This document shows, in pieces, positions 13,901 to 25,900 of a stretch of DNA of 51,046 nucleotides; position 1 is the stretch's first letter, and every line of letters starts with the position of its first letter. The stretch covers positions 1 through 51,046 of the forward strand of contig JAWMAR010004428.1 of NCBI GenBank assembly GCA_036785375.1, given 5' to 3'. The DNA comes from Leucoraja ocellata (taxonomy: Eukaryota). The notes beneath the pieces are model-generated. The model saw nothing but the letters and a program-made list of their open reading frames with translations, was not told the DNA's origin and did no database searches. The position numbers and the translations under genes are program-made.

Positions 13901-16900
13901 GATGGGCCGAAGGGCCTGGCTCCATGCTGTATCTGTACACGATATTATAACTTTCTCCAGGCTAACATATCAATAAATGTGTGTGTGTGCTAATGTGTGC
14001 GTACGAATGTGCCCGCGTGTGTGATAATGTTGGTGTGTNNNNNNNNNNNNNNNNNNNNNNNNNNNNNNNNNNNNNNNNNNNNNNNNNNNNNNNNNNNNNN
14101 NNNNNNNNNNNNNNNNNNNNNNNNNNNNNNNNNNNNNNNNNNNNNNNNNNNNNNNNNNNNNNNNNNNNNNNNNNNNNNNNNNNNNNNNNNNNNNNNNNNN
14201 NNNNNNNNNNNNNNNNNNNNNNNNNNNNNNNNNNNNNNNNNNNNNNNNNNNNNNTTGTTCAGGTATTATTCTCCAACATAGTTTTAATGGGATCCCAAGT
14301 GTGTAATATATATATTTACATACAGATGTGTAATATAAATATTTATCGACAATCGATTTAAGGAATTCTCTGGAATTATCTGCCACAGAAGGTAGTTCAG
14401 GCCAGTTCATTAGCTATATTTAAGAGGGAGTTAGTGTGGCCCTTGTGGCTAAAGGGATCAGGGGGTATGGAGAGAAGGCAGGTACAGGATACTGGGTTGG
14501 ATGATCAGCCATGATCATATTGAATGGCGGTGCAGGCTCGATGGACCGAATGGCCTACTCCTGCACCTATTTTCAATGTTTTTAATTTGATAAATTGAGA
14601 AATGTTATTTCGATCTTTGATTAAATTGACCAGAGCGGATAAATAAAGCTTCTTCATTTTCCGTGCCTTCCAATTGACAAGTCGAAAACCCAGATGACAG
14701 ACGCCAAATACAATTCGAAAGTCACTAACAATCATTACATTGTCTAATTTGAATCTTTCTGCCAATATTCACCTGAGCACAGGACTCCAACACCGATGCT
14801 GTCGCTGGATGTCTGATTCAGTGTAAATGTGCTGCAATTTCGGAGCTGCGACTCGTTTCCTTCACAATGAACGTGGTTCCACCACACGGGCAGCTCACTC
14901 TCTCCGTACCTTGAGGAGTTGTAGGCGAATATGGCGGAGCCGCAGCCCAACTCTCTGCAGACCACGTTGGAATCATTGATGTTCCAGGCGCTATCCTGCA
15001 CTCTCTCCCATCTACCATTGTGGTAAACCTCCACTCGGCCGTCGCAGCGGCTGCCCCCATTGCTCAATCTCAGAGACCAAATGTCATCTATATACAAAAC
15101 ATGTTGGCTTAAACCATTAATGTGAAGACAAAATATTCCATAACTTCTCAACATTTACCTGGGCAGCTATTAGTTTTAAGGATTATTTTCTTCATCAATT
15201 GTCCACATATCACGTCCTAATCCGAGGAAAGACATTCTTGCCATAGAGGAAGTTCAGAGAAGGTTCACCAGACTGATTCCTGGGATATCAGGACTTTCAT
15301 ATGAAGAAAGACTGGATAGACTCGGCTTGTACTCGCTAGAATTTAGAGATTGAGAGGGGATCATATAGAAACGTACAACATTCTTAAGGGGCTGGACAGG
15401 CTAGATGCAGGAAGATTGTTCCCGATGTTGGGGAAGTCCAGAACAATAGTCACAGTTTAAGGATGAGGGGGAAATCTTTTAGGACGAGGTGAGAAAAACA
15501 TTTTTCACACAGAGTGGTGAATCTCTGGAATACTCTGCCACAGAATGTAGTTGAGGCCAGATCATGGGTTATATTTAAGAGGCAGTTAGATGTGGCCCTT
15601 GTGGCTAAAGGGATCAGGGGGTATGGAGAGAAGGCAGGTACAGGAATACTGTTGGATGATCAGCCATGATCATATTGAATGGCGGTGCAGGCTCGATGGG
15701 CCGAATGGCCTACTCTTGCACCTATTTTCCATGTTTCTATGTCACATTGGCAGATACACTGCATAGAAACATTCTGTCTACGTCTACATAAAACATTGCC
15801 GTGAAACCTATGGGCCTCACCATGAGAAATGGGCCCAGTAACAAGGAATAAACTGGCTATTGAATAAACGATAACCACCAGCTGATGCATTGATCTAAAC
15901 CGAATGCAATAGGCATGCTGAGACCAGCCCAGCACCCGTTCCTCGTGTAGGCGGGGTCTTTTAAAGTCTCGCTTTATCTTTGTTCTCTTTTGGTAAATAA
16001 ATGCATTCCTGGAACCATTCTAATATCAGGAAAAAAATGATTTTTCCATTTTTCATTCCATATTGCAGATGCTGGTTTAAACCGAAGATAGAGACACAAA
16101 GCTGGAGTAACTCAGTGGGTCAGATCGCATCTCTGGTGAAAAGGAATAGATGACTGAAGAAGGGTCTCGACCAGAAACGTCGCCTATTCCTTTTCTGACG
16201 CTGCCTGACCGGCTGAGTTACTCCTGCTTTCAGGGTCAAGCTCTTGAATCACTAAGCCACTTCAAATTTCTTCCTGCAGCCTCTATCTCAGATCTCTACA
16301 GCTGATGTAACTAATTTATATCTGTGTATTGTAGCAGTGAACCGTGACTTAGAACCCAACTGTACAAATCGCCATCATTCTCTCTCGTTAATGAACAGTT
16401 CTTATCCTTCGTACTATCCCTACTATGTTTACTAGCTACAATCTCTCAGTTACTATCCATAGAAACTATTTTATAACCTGCAGATTTCTGCACTGCACTC
16501 AAATTCAGTCTATCGATGTAGGACAACGTTTGTATAACAATTGGCCCCCAGTATCCTATCAGTGGGGGAAGGGAAATACGGCACCTGAAGAAAATAGACA
16601 ATAGACAACAGATGCAGGAGTAGGCCATTCAGCCCATCGACCAGCACCGCCAAACTATGTGATCATGGCTAATCATCCCCTGAGTACCCCGTTCCTGCCT
16701 TCCCCCCATATCCCCTGACTCCGCTATGTTTAACAGCCCTATCTAGCTCTATCTTGAAAGTATTCTTCTGAAAAGAAAATGAAGATGGTCGTCAGGAAAC
16801 GGCAGATGTTTTCAATGGTTAAAAGAGTCACCGTGTAAATATCTCTACCATTGGGCAACTCTGTTTTTCAGTTCAAGGATATTTGGTGACTCACCTGAGC

Positions 16901-19900
16901 AGATGAGACCGGCGTCGTTTCCGTGTGAACAACTCATCTGATCCCTGGGTAAGACTGGACAATCACTTAATCGGGACTCGTTCCCCCGACAGTGGTAGTT
17001 CTCCTTCCACACGGGGCCGGATCCTCGGCCAAAGTGAGTAACTCCGGGAGTTGTGGCCACTGCACCACAATGTAGTTGTTCACAGACCACGCCGGCATCA
17101 AGCAAGCTAAAGTACTGATCGCAAACTGTCCCCCACTCGTCTCCGTGTAGAACCTCCACCCGGCCAGAGCATCTATCCTTCCACCCACCAGTCGTGGTCG
17201 ATGTTTCCCTGTTTTTATGGGACAAAATGACAGTTCAATACACAATAAGAATAGAGAAAAATATTGAAAGTTAGAAATTGCTTCTTTATTTTTCTCATTT
17301 TCTAAGCGGCCACCTTCAAAGTGTGTGCGCGCGGTGATATTTCAATACACACAGTGAATGGTTACGGTCTTCAACTCGGCACGTCGGGACCGTCAGTTTC
17401 ACATTATTTAGTTTCAAGTCCTGGTCAAATAAGTTCAGATCTCATCTGTAATACTTGTGGCTTTGGAGCGTTCACCAGAATAGAGTGTACACCCGACCTA
17501 ATTGACAGTCTCGTTTCGTGTAGCCTACATTGTTCAACACAGGACTACATATATGCCATATGTTATGTCCCACTCGCTTTTCCGTATGTCTTAGAAGGAA
17601 CTGCATATGCTGGTTGACGTGTTGTCCAATGCATGTGAAAGACACTCAGCCGATCAGGCAGCATCACTGGACAACATGGATATGTGACATTTCGGGTCGG
17701 GACCCTTCTTTAGCTTGAAGAGCCCAGACCTGAGTCGTCACCTATCCATTTCCACCAGAACTGCTGCCCTGACCCACTGACTTACTCCGGCATTTTGTGT
17801 ATTTTACTGTAAACCAGCATCTGCAGTTCCTTCTTCCAACATCTTGCGTCATGGCATTAGCGATATTGAATATGTTACGCTTAACAGCAGCAGCTACCAC
17901 CCCCCACCCCCCCCCCCCCCCCCCCCCCCCCCCCACAAAGCCAATGCACCCATTAATATAGTTTGTGAATAAATGGCGTTGCCTTGGCACCCTCTCAACA
18001 TAACCTGCCAATCTGTTTGGACCCATTCATCCCCCCCCCCTCCCCCTCCCCTTTGTCAAGAGTGTTTTGTTGTCATATGTCCCAGATAGAACCATGACAT
18101 TCTTAATTGCTGCAGCACTAGTATAAAAAAGTATAAAAGTATCCTTTATTGTCTTTCAGACATTTCAGTCTGAACGAAATTGTATGACAACATAATATGT
18201 AAACGTGTTAACTGTCTGTTTGATGCAGATCGGTGTGTGATCTTCCTGAACAATAGGATACATTTTCTGAAAATTCCTCTTTATCTGCCGCGAGAGATTC
18301 ACTTACAAATAGCTTCAGTGGATTCGTCAAACATGACTTCACGTTCAGCAATTCAACCTGACGTTACTTATTATTTTCAGTGCTTCAGATGGCACATGTT
18401 ATTGTGAACTCCATCATTCGTCCAAGGCCGGAACAGATCGGCTGTTCGTGTTTTCTCTATCCTTCCTCTTTTCAAAGAGTGAATACCGAATGTCTACGCT
18501 GCAATCTGCAAGACCCATTGCAGAAACTATACATTGTTGGATATTGTTGCGAGAGTGCCCTTTGCTTCAATTATAGTATGATGTGGATCTTTGGATCCAT
18601 GGAATTGTCAGGTATTCAGGCGCACTGTCCTCTCTGGTATTATTTCGTCACTAATATATTTTATATTCCTTGCTCGTTTTGTGTGGGCGTTTGGTTTTCC
18701 AGCATTTAAACACGTTTACATTTATTAGCTAAGATGAAATCAATATTTTATAAAATTATTCGGTGAAATAATTCCGTATTCCACTGTTTAAATTCTCCCC
18801 ACGTGTGGGGTACGTTGCAGTGTTTTCTTCTCTCATTGTTGTCCCTTTTCATATCTGTCCTTTGCCGAAATCTAATTTATTCTTGTCACCGCTTATTCTG
18901 GAAACGTTAACCCATCCCATCAAATTTCAATTTTGCACGGATTACATTTCCCCCCTATATGTCGGCAAATAGTTGTTAATATTTCCCCTTGCTAATATTG
19001 TCCTTTGCTGATTTCAATATTCAAATTCATCATGCATACTGTTATCATTGAAAAAATATTTGATTCCACCCCCTCGTTCCCCCCCCCCCCCACCCCCCCC
19101 CCCTCTCCGGACTATTATATTTGTTCATTGCTCCTGTAGTCTAAGATCTATATCCGTTTCCTGGTGTGTGTTGGGCGAGGTCGAGGACAGATGAAACCAG
19201 ATGTTTGGATGAAACCCATTATGACATTGTATATTTCTACATTAAAGCAATGGATTTACTGCGATCCATTTCCCATTCGTTTACTTCGCTCCTGACTCCT
19301 GTTGGGTTCGCATCCCCATAACACACTGGTTTAAACCTTTGTTACGGAGAAAAATAAAGTATTCTTGTTCCCCATCCTCTCCTCCTGCCAATGCTCAGGA
19401 TCTCATTTGTTCAAGAGCCGTCACCGTCTCCACTTCATTGATTTATTCAGTTGGGCATTTTGTCTCCACACTGTTATCAAGTGCCGCTTCATCTTGCCGT
19501 GATACGGTCTCTGATTACACAGGGATGTTCTTCACTCTCAGTGATCAGGATGTTATTTCCTTGTACATTATTGTAAATGCTGATGGGAAGTAATCGTTCA
19601 CTGCTCTATTTTCTAATGCACTAATTGGTTCCCCATTTATAATAGGATCATATGACAACAAAATCATTCCTAACAAAAAATGTAAATCATGGGATAAATT
19701 TACTTTTTAACGTCATGCATTTTTCTGCCGTCTTTTTGATTGGGATTCACTGGACAATCGCTGTTGCATCGCATGGACATCAACATCTAAAGATATTGTT
19801 AATTTCCTCCTTCTGAACTCCACATTGTAAACCATCAATAATTTTGGACTATAGGAAATTATTCAAATTGTTTTAGCCGATTAAAACTTTTGCCAATATC

Positions 19901-22900
19901 ACATCAAAGTCGTGCACTGGTCAATTATATTCCAGCATTTTATAACCCTTTGATAAAAGTAAATGGCGAGATCTCATCTCTATCTTCCAAGTATAATGAG
20001 TGTTTATTAATAATTAGTTTCCAAAGCTGGCACTCACCAGAACAGATCACACTGACATCACTCGTGTGGTTGCAATGAAGAGTTCCTAAAGAACGCGGAC
20101 AGTCCCACAGGCTTGTCTCATTGCCCTTGCATTCAAATACATCGTTCCGTACAAGGCCAGTTCCCTTTCCAAAATAAGCCCCTGTCGGAACAGACACGGC
20201 TTCTCCACAATGAAGCTGCCTGCACACCACATTGGCATCATCCATATCCCAGGCCAGGTCACACACGGTTCCCCAGGTTTCACCATACTGCACTTCCAGT
20301 CTTCCCGAGCACTGATCATCTTTGGATACCAATCTTGGCCCTCTGTGATCTGAGGAAAAAAATAAAAGATAGTCATGAAAGCCACAATTATGAAGTAAAT
20401 TTACAAAAACATCCCTGAAAGTTCAGCACAAATCTGACATTGAAATCAGTCCCTTACTAATGATATCTGTGCTTCCATTCTCCTCCTTCCTCTATCACGA
20501 TGCGCTAACATGCTGAGTACTATATTCTGCTCTCTGTAACTTCCTCTTTACACTATATATTGTATTTGATTATAAATATGCGTTGTGTATCTGATCTGTT
20601 TGCATAGCATGCAAAACAAAGCTTTTCACGCCACCTCAGTAACGTCACAATGACAAACCTAAACCTAATCCTATAAGTCGAATATAATAATTATTTATAG
20701 AACATTCCGTCCTGCAGAACTTGACAAACTCCACAGGCAAGACTGTGCTAACTGACCCAGTGTATCTGTCTGCTCCTGTCCCATTAAAGGAATTCTAAGT
20801 ACAAACTGTGGAAAAAAGAACCATATACCATTCGGCCCACGTCTGCTTCACCGTTAAATCGTGGCTGGTCTAGCTTCCCCTCTCAACCCCTTTCTCCCCA
20901 TAACCCTTATTAAACAAGAATCTGTCAATCCCCGCCTTACAATTATAAGACAATTACAATTACATTTATCCATTGACTTGGCCTCCACAGCCGTCTGTAG
21001 CAATGAATTCTGCAGATTTATCATTAAAAAATCTCCAGACTGGTGTGTGGAAAAGTAAGTTTTCTATCATTATGCTATTGAGATGTATATTTTGGCAAAT
21101 AATAAAACTGGCCTGACAGCTTCAACACCCACTCCCTTTCAAAGATATTGTCAATTTGCTGATGTTGATTATGTCCAATTAATAGCTAACAATTATGCCA
21201 TTCCTTGGCTTGCATCTGAGTAACATGTAATTCAATACCTACGTATGGTTTGCGATTAATTTAATTACGAATTTAGCTTCAGAAGTGTTTTATTTTTGCA
21301 TGTAAAAACCTACTTGAGAACCATTGGTGATTTAAAAAATTTACAGCCAGATTTTCCACTTCTGAAATTTTTTACATACCAAAGGAATCAAGAAAAAACA
21401 CACATAATGCCTCACTGTTGATGAAATGCAGTGAGCAAACACGATAATTCCCAATATTTTCAATCTTGATATCTACACGGCCAATGTTCGCCAACCACTT
21501 TATCTGTTGTTGTCCCTTCAGCTCTCGCTTCTATCTACCATCGTTTCTCTTCACTTTTGGAATTCTGAAGTAGGATAAATGTCTCTCACGGTTACCCCGA
21601 TTTCCACATTTATTCACAGCCCAAAAATGGACAATTTCGGCGGTTTTTAACAGGTAAGAAAGTGCGCGTATCGTGTGTTAACAGTGGAGCTGCTCCATGT
21701 GTCACGCCCTTTGACCCGATGACCCGACGTGCAACCCCCCTATTCCTCTCTCACCAACTCAGTTCCTCCAGCCGCTTGTTTCTTGGCCCCGTCATTGTAC
21801 CGGGTGAGAGTATTTAATGCTCCCGGTTGTGTTTGTTTCATTCAAACCAGAATGTGAGATCCAGAAGCGAAATTTGATTCCAATTGGTCAGGAATAAAAC
21901 GGACAGACACTGGGTTTAATTTCACACCACTCGCCGCGGGCGGTCAGTCCGAGTCATTTACATCCAGGGCATCCCGGAAATCACCAAACTGTGGATCAAA
22001 GAGAGAAAAAGCTGATGTTTACCTTCGCAGATAACGCCGGCATCGTTGGAGTGTGAAAAGTCATAGTCATAGTCCCCCCATGGGTCCCAGGAGTGTGGAT
22101 AGTCATAGTCCCTCCATGGCCGTGATTCACACTCCCGTAGAGCGGCCTCGCTCCCGCGGCACATAACATCTGACGTCACAACGAGTCCGGTCCCCGGTCC
22201 AAAGTGAGATCCGCCCGGGGCTTTCACCGCGGCGCCGCAGCCCAGCTCCCGACACACCACCGCCGCGTCCGGCAGGTCCCAGCGGTCATCTTCCACAGTC
22301 CCCCAGTCCCCCTTGTAGTGAACCTCCACTCTCCCGGCGCATGGACTGCCCCGGTTCACCAGCCTCAACTTCACGCTTTCTGAAAACAAAAATTTAGAAA
22401 ATAGAAGAACAAACGTTGCCGCCGGTTTGAGCCGCGGGTCAGTCGGCGCCCCGCACACCGCGCTCCCAGCCAACCCTAGCTCCAACCATTCAAAGTCCAC
22501 ATGTACCACGGAATGATCAACGGGAGCGGCAAACCCCGAATGAACTGTTAACAGTGTCAACAATATGCAGTAAGCTGGTAACCATAGATCTTATAGCAGA
22601 GCAAGATGGGTTACTCTCACGCAAACGTGTAGTAGTTCATGGGCCGATTCATGGGTAATTATATGACCCATTTTAGCAACCAGCCCCCGCCATCTTGCTT
22701 CCGGTCAAAGATCGGATCTTTGTTTCCGCAGCGGGGAGAGGGAGAGGGAGAGGGAGTGTGGGGCCCGGGGAGAGGGAGTGCGCGACCCGGGGAGAGGGAG
22801 TGTGGGGCCCGGGGAGAGGGAGTGTGGGGCCCGGGGAGAGGGAAAGGGAGTGTGGGGCCCGGGGAGAGGGAGTGTGGGGCCCGGGGAGAGGGAGAGGGGG

Positions 22901-25900
22901 TGTGGGGCCCGGGGAGAGGGAGAGGGAGTGTAGGGCCCGGGGAGAGGGAGTGTGGGGCCCGGGGAGAGGAAGAGGGAGTGTGGGGCCCGGGGAGAGGGAG
23001 TGTGGGGCTCGCGGAGAGGGAGTGTGGGGCCCGGGGAGAGGGAGTGTGGGGCCCGGGGAGAGGAAGAGGGAGTGTGGGGCCCGGGGAGAGGGAGAGGGAG
23101 TGTGGGGCCCGGGGAGAGGGAGAGGGAGTGTGGGGCCCGGGGAGAGGGAGAGGGAGTGTGGGGCCCGGGGAGAGGGAGAGGGAGTGTGGGGCCCGGGGAG
23201 AGGGAGTGTTGGGCCCGGGGAGAGGGAGAGGGAGTGTGGGGCCCGGGGAGAGGGAGTGTTGGGCCCGGGGAGAGGGAGAGGGAGTGTGGGGCCGGGGAGA
23301 GGGAGAGGGAGTGTGGGGCCCGGGGAGAGGGAGAGGGGGTGTGGGGCCCGGGGAGAGGGAGTGTGGGGCCCGGGGAGAGGGAGAGGGAGTGTGGGGCCCG
23401 GGGAGAGGGAGTGTGGGGCCCGGGGAGAGGGAGAGGGAGTGTGGGGCCCGGGGAGAGGGAGTGTGGGGCCCGGGGAGAGGGAGTGTGGGCCCGGGGAGAG
23501 GGAGTGTGGGGCCCGGAAAGAGGGAGAGGGAGTGTGGGGCCCGAGGAGAGGGGGTGTGGGGCCCGGGGAAAGGGAGTGTGGGGCCCGGGGAGAGGGAGAT
23601 AGGGTGTGGGGCCCGGGGAGAGGGGGTGTGGGGCCTGGGGAGAGGGGGTGCGCGACCCGGGGAGAGGGAGTGTGGGGCCCGGGGAGAGGGAGTGTGGGGC
23701 CCGGGGAGAGGGAGTGCGCGACCCGGGGAGAGGGAGATGGAGTGTGGGGCCCGGGGAGAGGGGGTGTGGGGCCCGGGGAGAGGGGAGAATGAGTGTGGGG
23801 CCCGGGGAGAGGGAGTGTGGGGCCCGGGGAGAGGGAGTGTGGGGCCCGGGGAGAGGGAGTGTGGGGCCCAGGGAGAGGGGGTGTGGGGCCCGGAGAGAGG
23901 GAGATGGAGTGTGGGGCCCGGGGAGATGGAGTGTGGGGCCCGGGGAGAGGGAGTGTGGGGCCCGGGGATAAGGCCTAGTGTGTGTGAAGTTGCGGGGAGG
24001 TTTACAATGTTTCTTATTTAATGTCCCTTGTCTAGTCTGAAATAAAGTTCATCATTGGATCATAAGAAGTATAATTGTGTGTGTTATATGATTATATACA
24101 TTTATATCACATTCATGTATGTGTGTTTATAAACATTTTATTCTTTAACAAGAATTAACAGAATTATGAACTAACAGAATTATGAATCTAACCCTATATC
24201 ACGCACAAAAACTTCCCCCGCAATGTCAATTACCCTGCGAGTCGGGTCGGTTCCGGTTACTACAAAATCAACTCAAACACTGCTTGTGAGCCATTTAAAA
24301 AGAAATGATTTGAAATATATTAAAAAAAGACAATTACCAGAGTCAAATTTTATTCTAGCAAGAAGTATGAACTGACAGAATCATGAATCTAACCCTATAT
24401 CACACACACAAACTGTTCATTGATTACACTGCGAGTCGGGTCGGGTCGGGTCAGGTAGGCTCCGGTTACTAAAATTGGCGGGGGGAAATGCCCAGGATCC
24501 CCTCCGTAGCGTACTACACGTCAGCCCATTGTATTTAGCAAGAGTAGCCAATCTTGCTCCGCTATAAGATCTTTGCTGGTAACCGTCGGGAGAACCGGGA
24601 TCACCCGGTCATTCTTGGGGTGAAAGCGGCGCCCGAGCAGGCAGGGTGAGCTGCGGACACAGAGTGCTGGAGTAACTCAGCGGACACCCACCCATGTTCT
24701 TTTGAGATGCTGCCTGTCCAACCCAGTTACACCAGCACTGTGATTTTTTATTATAAACCAGCATCTACAGTTCCTTGTGTCTACAAGTTCAACTGCAGGT
24801 CCGTTTTCATTCTCGGGAGAGCGGCTGATGAGCTGCGCGGGTCAGTGCCCCGCTGTACTCAAAGCTCATGTGACGGGCAATGGAACCCAAACGTGTTAGA
24901 GGTGTGAAGGCATTCCTGGAATTGGACGCCAAAGGCGAAAGATCCGGAATGGGACTCCACAGTGGGATGAGCAGTGAGAACACGCTTGGAACCGGGAACC
25001 ATGTCAGCAGAGTCGACTCCCCACACTGCGCGCTTCAGGGACATTACTGATCGTCACTCCGTCTGCAGACGGCAGTCACCTCGCAAGTAGCATTAAAGGC
25101 CTTCAGTAACAATCAGTCTCAGTAGCCGCACTCTTAACGCAGTGAAAGTTAAGCGAGGTTACCTGAAGGGTCCGCCTGACAATCCCCGGGGAGGCCTGAA
25201 ATGAGAAATAAAGAATGAGATTTGACTGTGTGACGGGTGGAGTGATGGGGTTGGGATGTTGGAGCGAATGGGTCCATGGGGAGGTGGGCATCTCATTAAT
25301 GAAACCATCACCGGAAAAAGTCCCGATAGTAACCTGAGCGGCAGCGTTCCGAACCGCTACAGAGAATTGTTTCACCTTCCCACCTGCTTTAATGAAGCAT
25401 CTTTAAAAAACTAACATCTAAAAGTTACTGTAAATGAGTATCAGCAGTCAAAAAAATCGTACCGTGTCTCTTTTGTAATGACATGTATTGTTAGATCTAC
25501 AGAGATCTGGATACAATTTACCGATGTGGTAAATTTGGTCCATGACGGCCAGATTATCCCATGTAAGCAAGTTCCATTTGCCCACGTTTGGCCCATGTCT
25601 CTCTAAAACGTTCGAATGCTTGTACCTGATCACTGAATTTTAAACGCAGTAAGTACCTTAAATACCTGCCCCAGCTGCCTCCCCTGGCAGTTTGTTCCAT
25701 ATACCCACCACCCTGTGTCTGGAAAAAACGCCCCTCTGGATCCTTTCCCGTCTCATCTTAGAAACATAGAAACATAGAAAATAGATGCAGGTGTAGGCCA
25801 TTCGGCCCTTCGAGCCTGCACCGCCATTCAATATGATCATGGCTGATCATCCAACTCAGTATCCTGTTCCTGCCTTCTCTCCATACCCCCTGATCCCTTT

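Noticed and set aside
13970-14410. ORFs spanning the N gaps (also 50084-50599)
   Set aside because: Artefacts of N runs and GT microsatellites.
18230-19940. Unique intronic sequence with a strong minus-strand donor at 18306
   Set aside because: No open phase-1 exon with a credible acceptor and no recognisable motif.
22380-22563. In-frame N-terminal extension of the SRCR1 ORF as a leader
   Set aside because: Non-ATG start, and it runs through a clear polypyrimidine/AG acceptor at 22380.
22639-24021. 460-aa and overlapping Gly/Arg/Glu-rich ORFs
   Set aside because: They are translations of a stop-free minisatellite, open in several frames, inside a TIR/TSD-bounded element.
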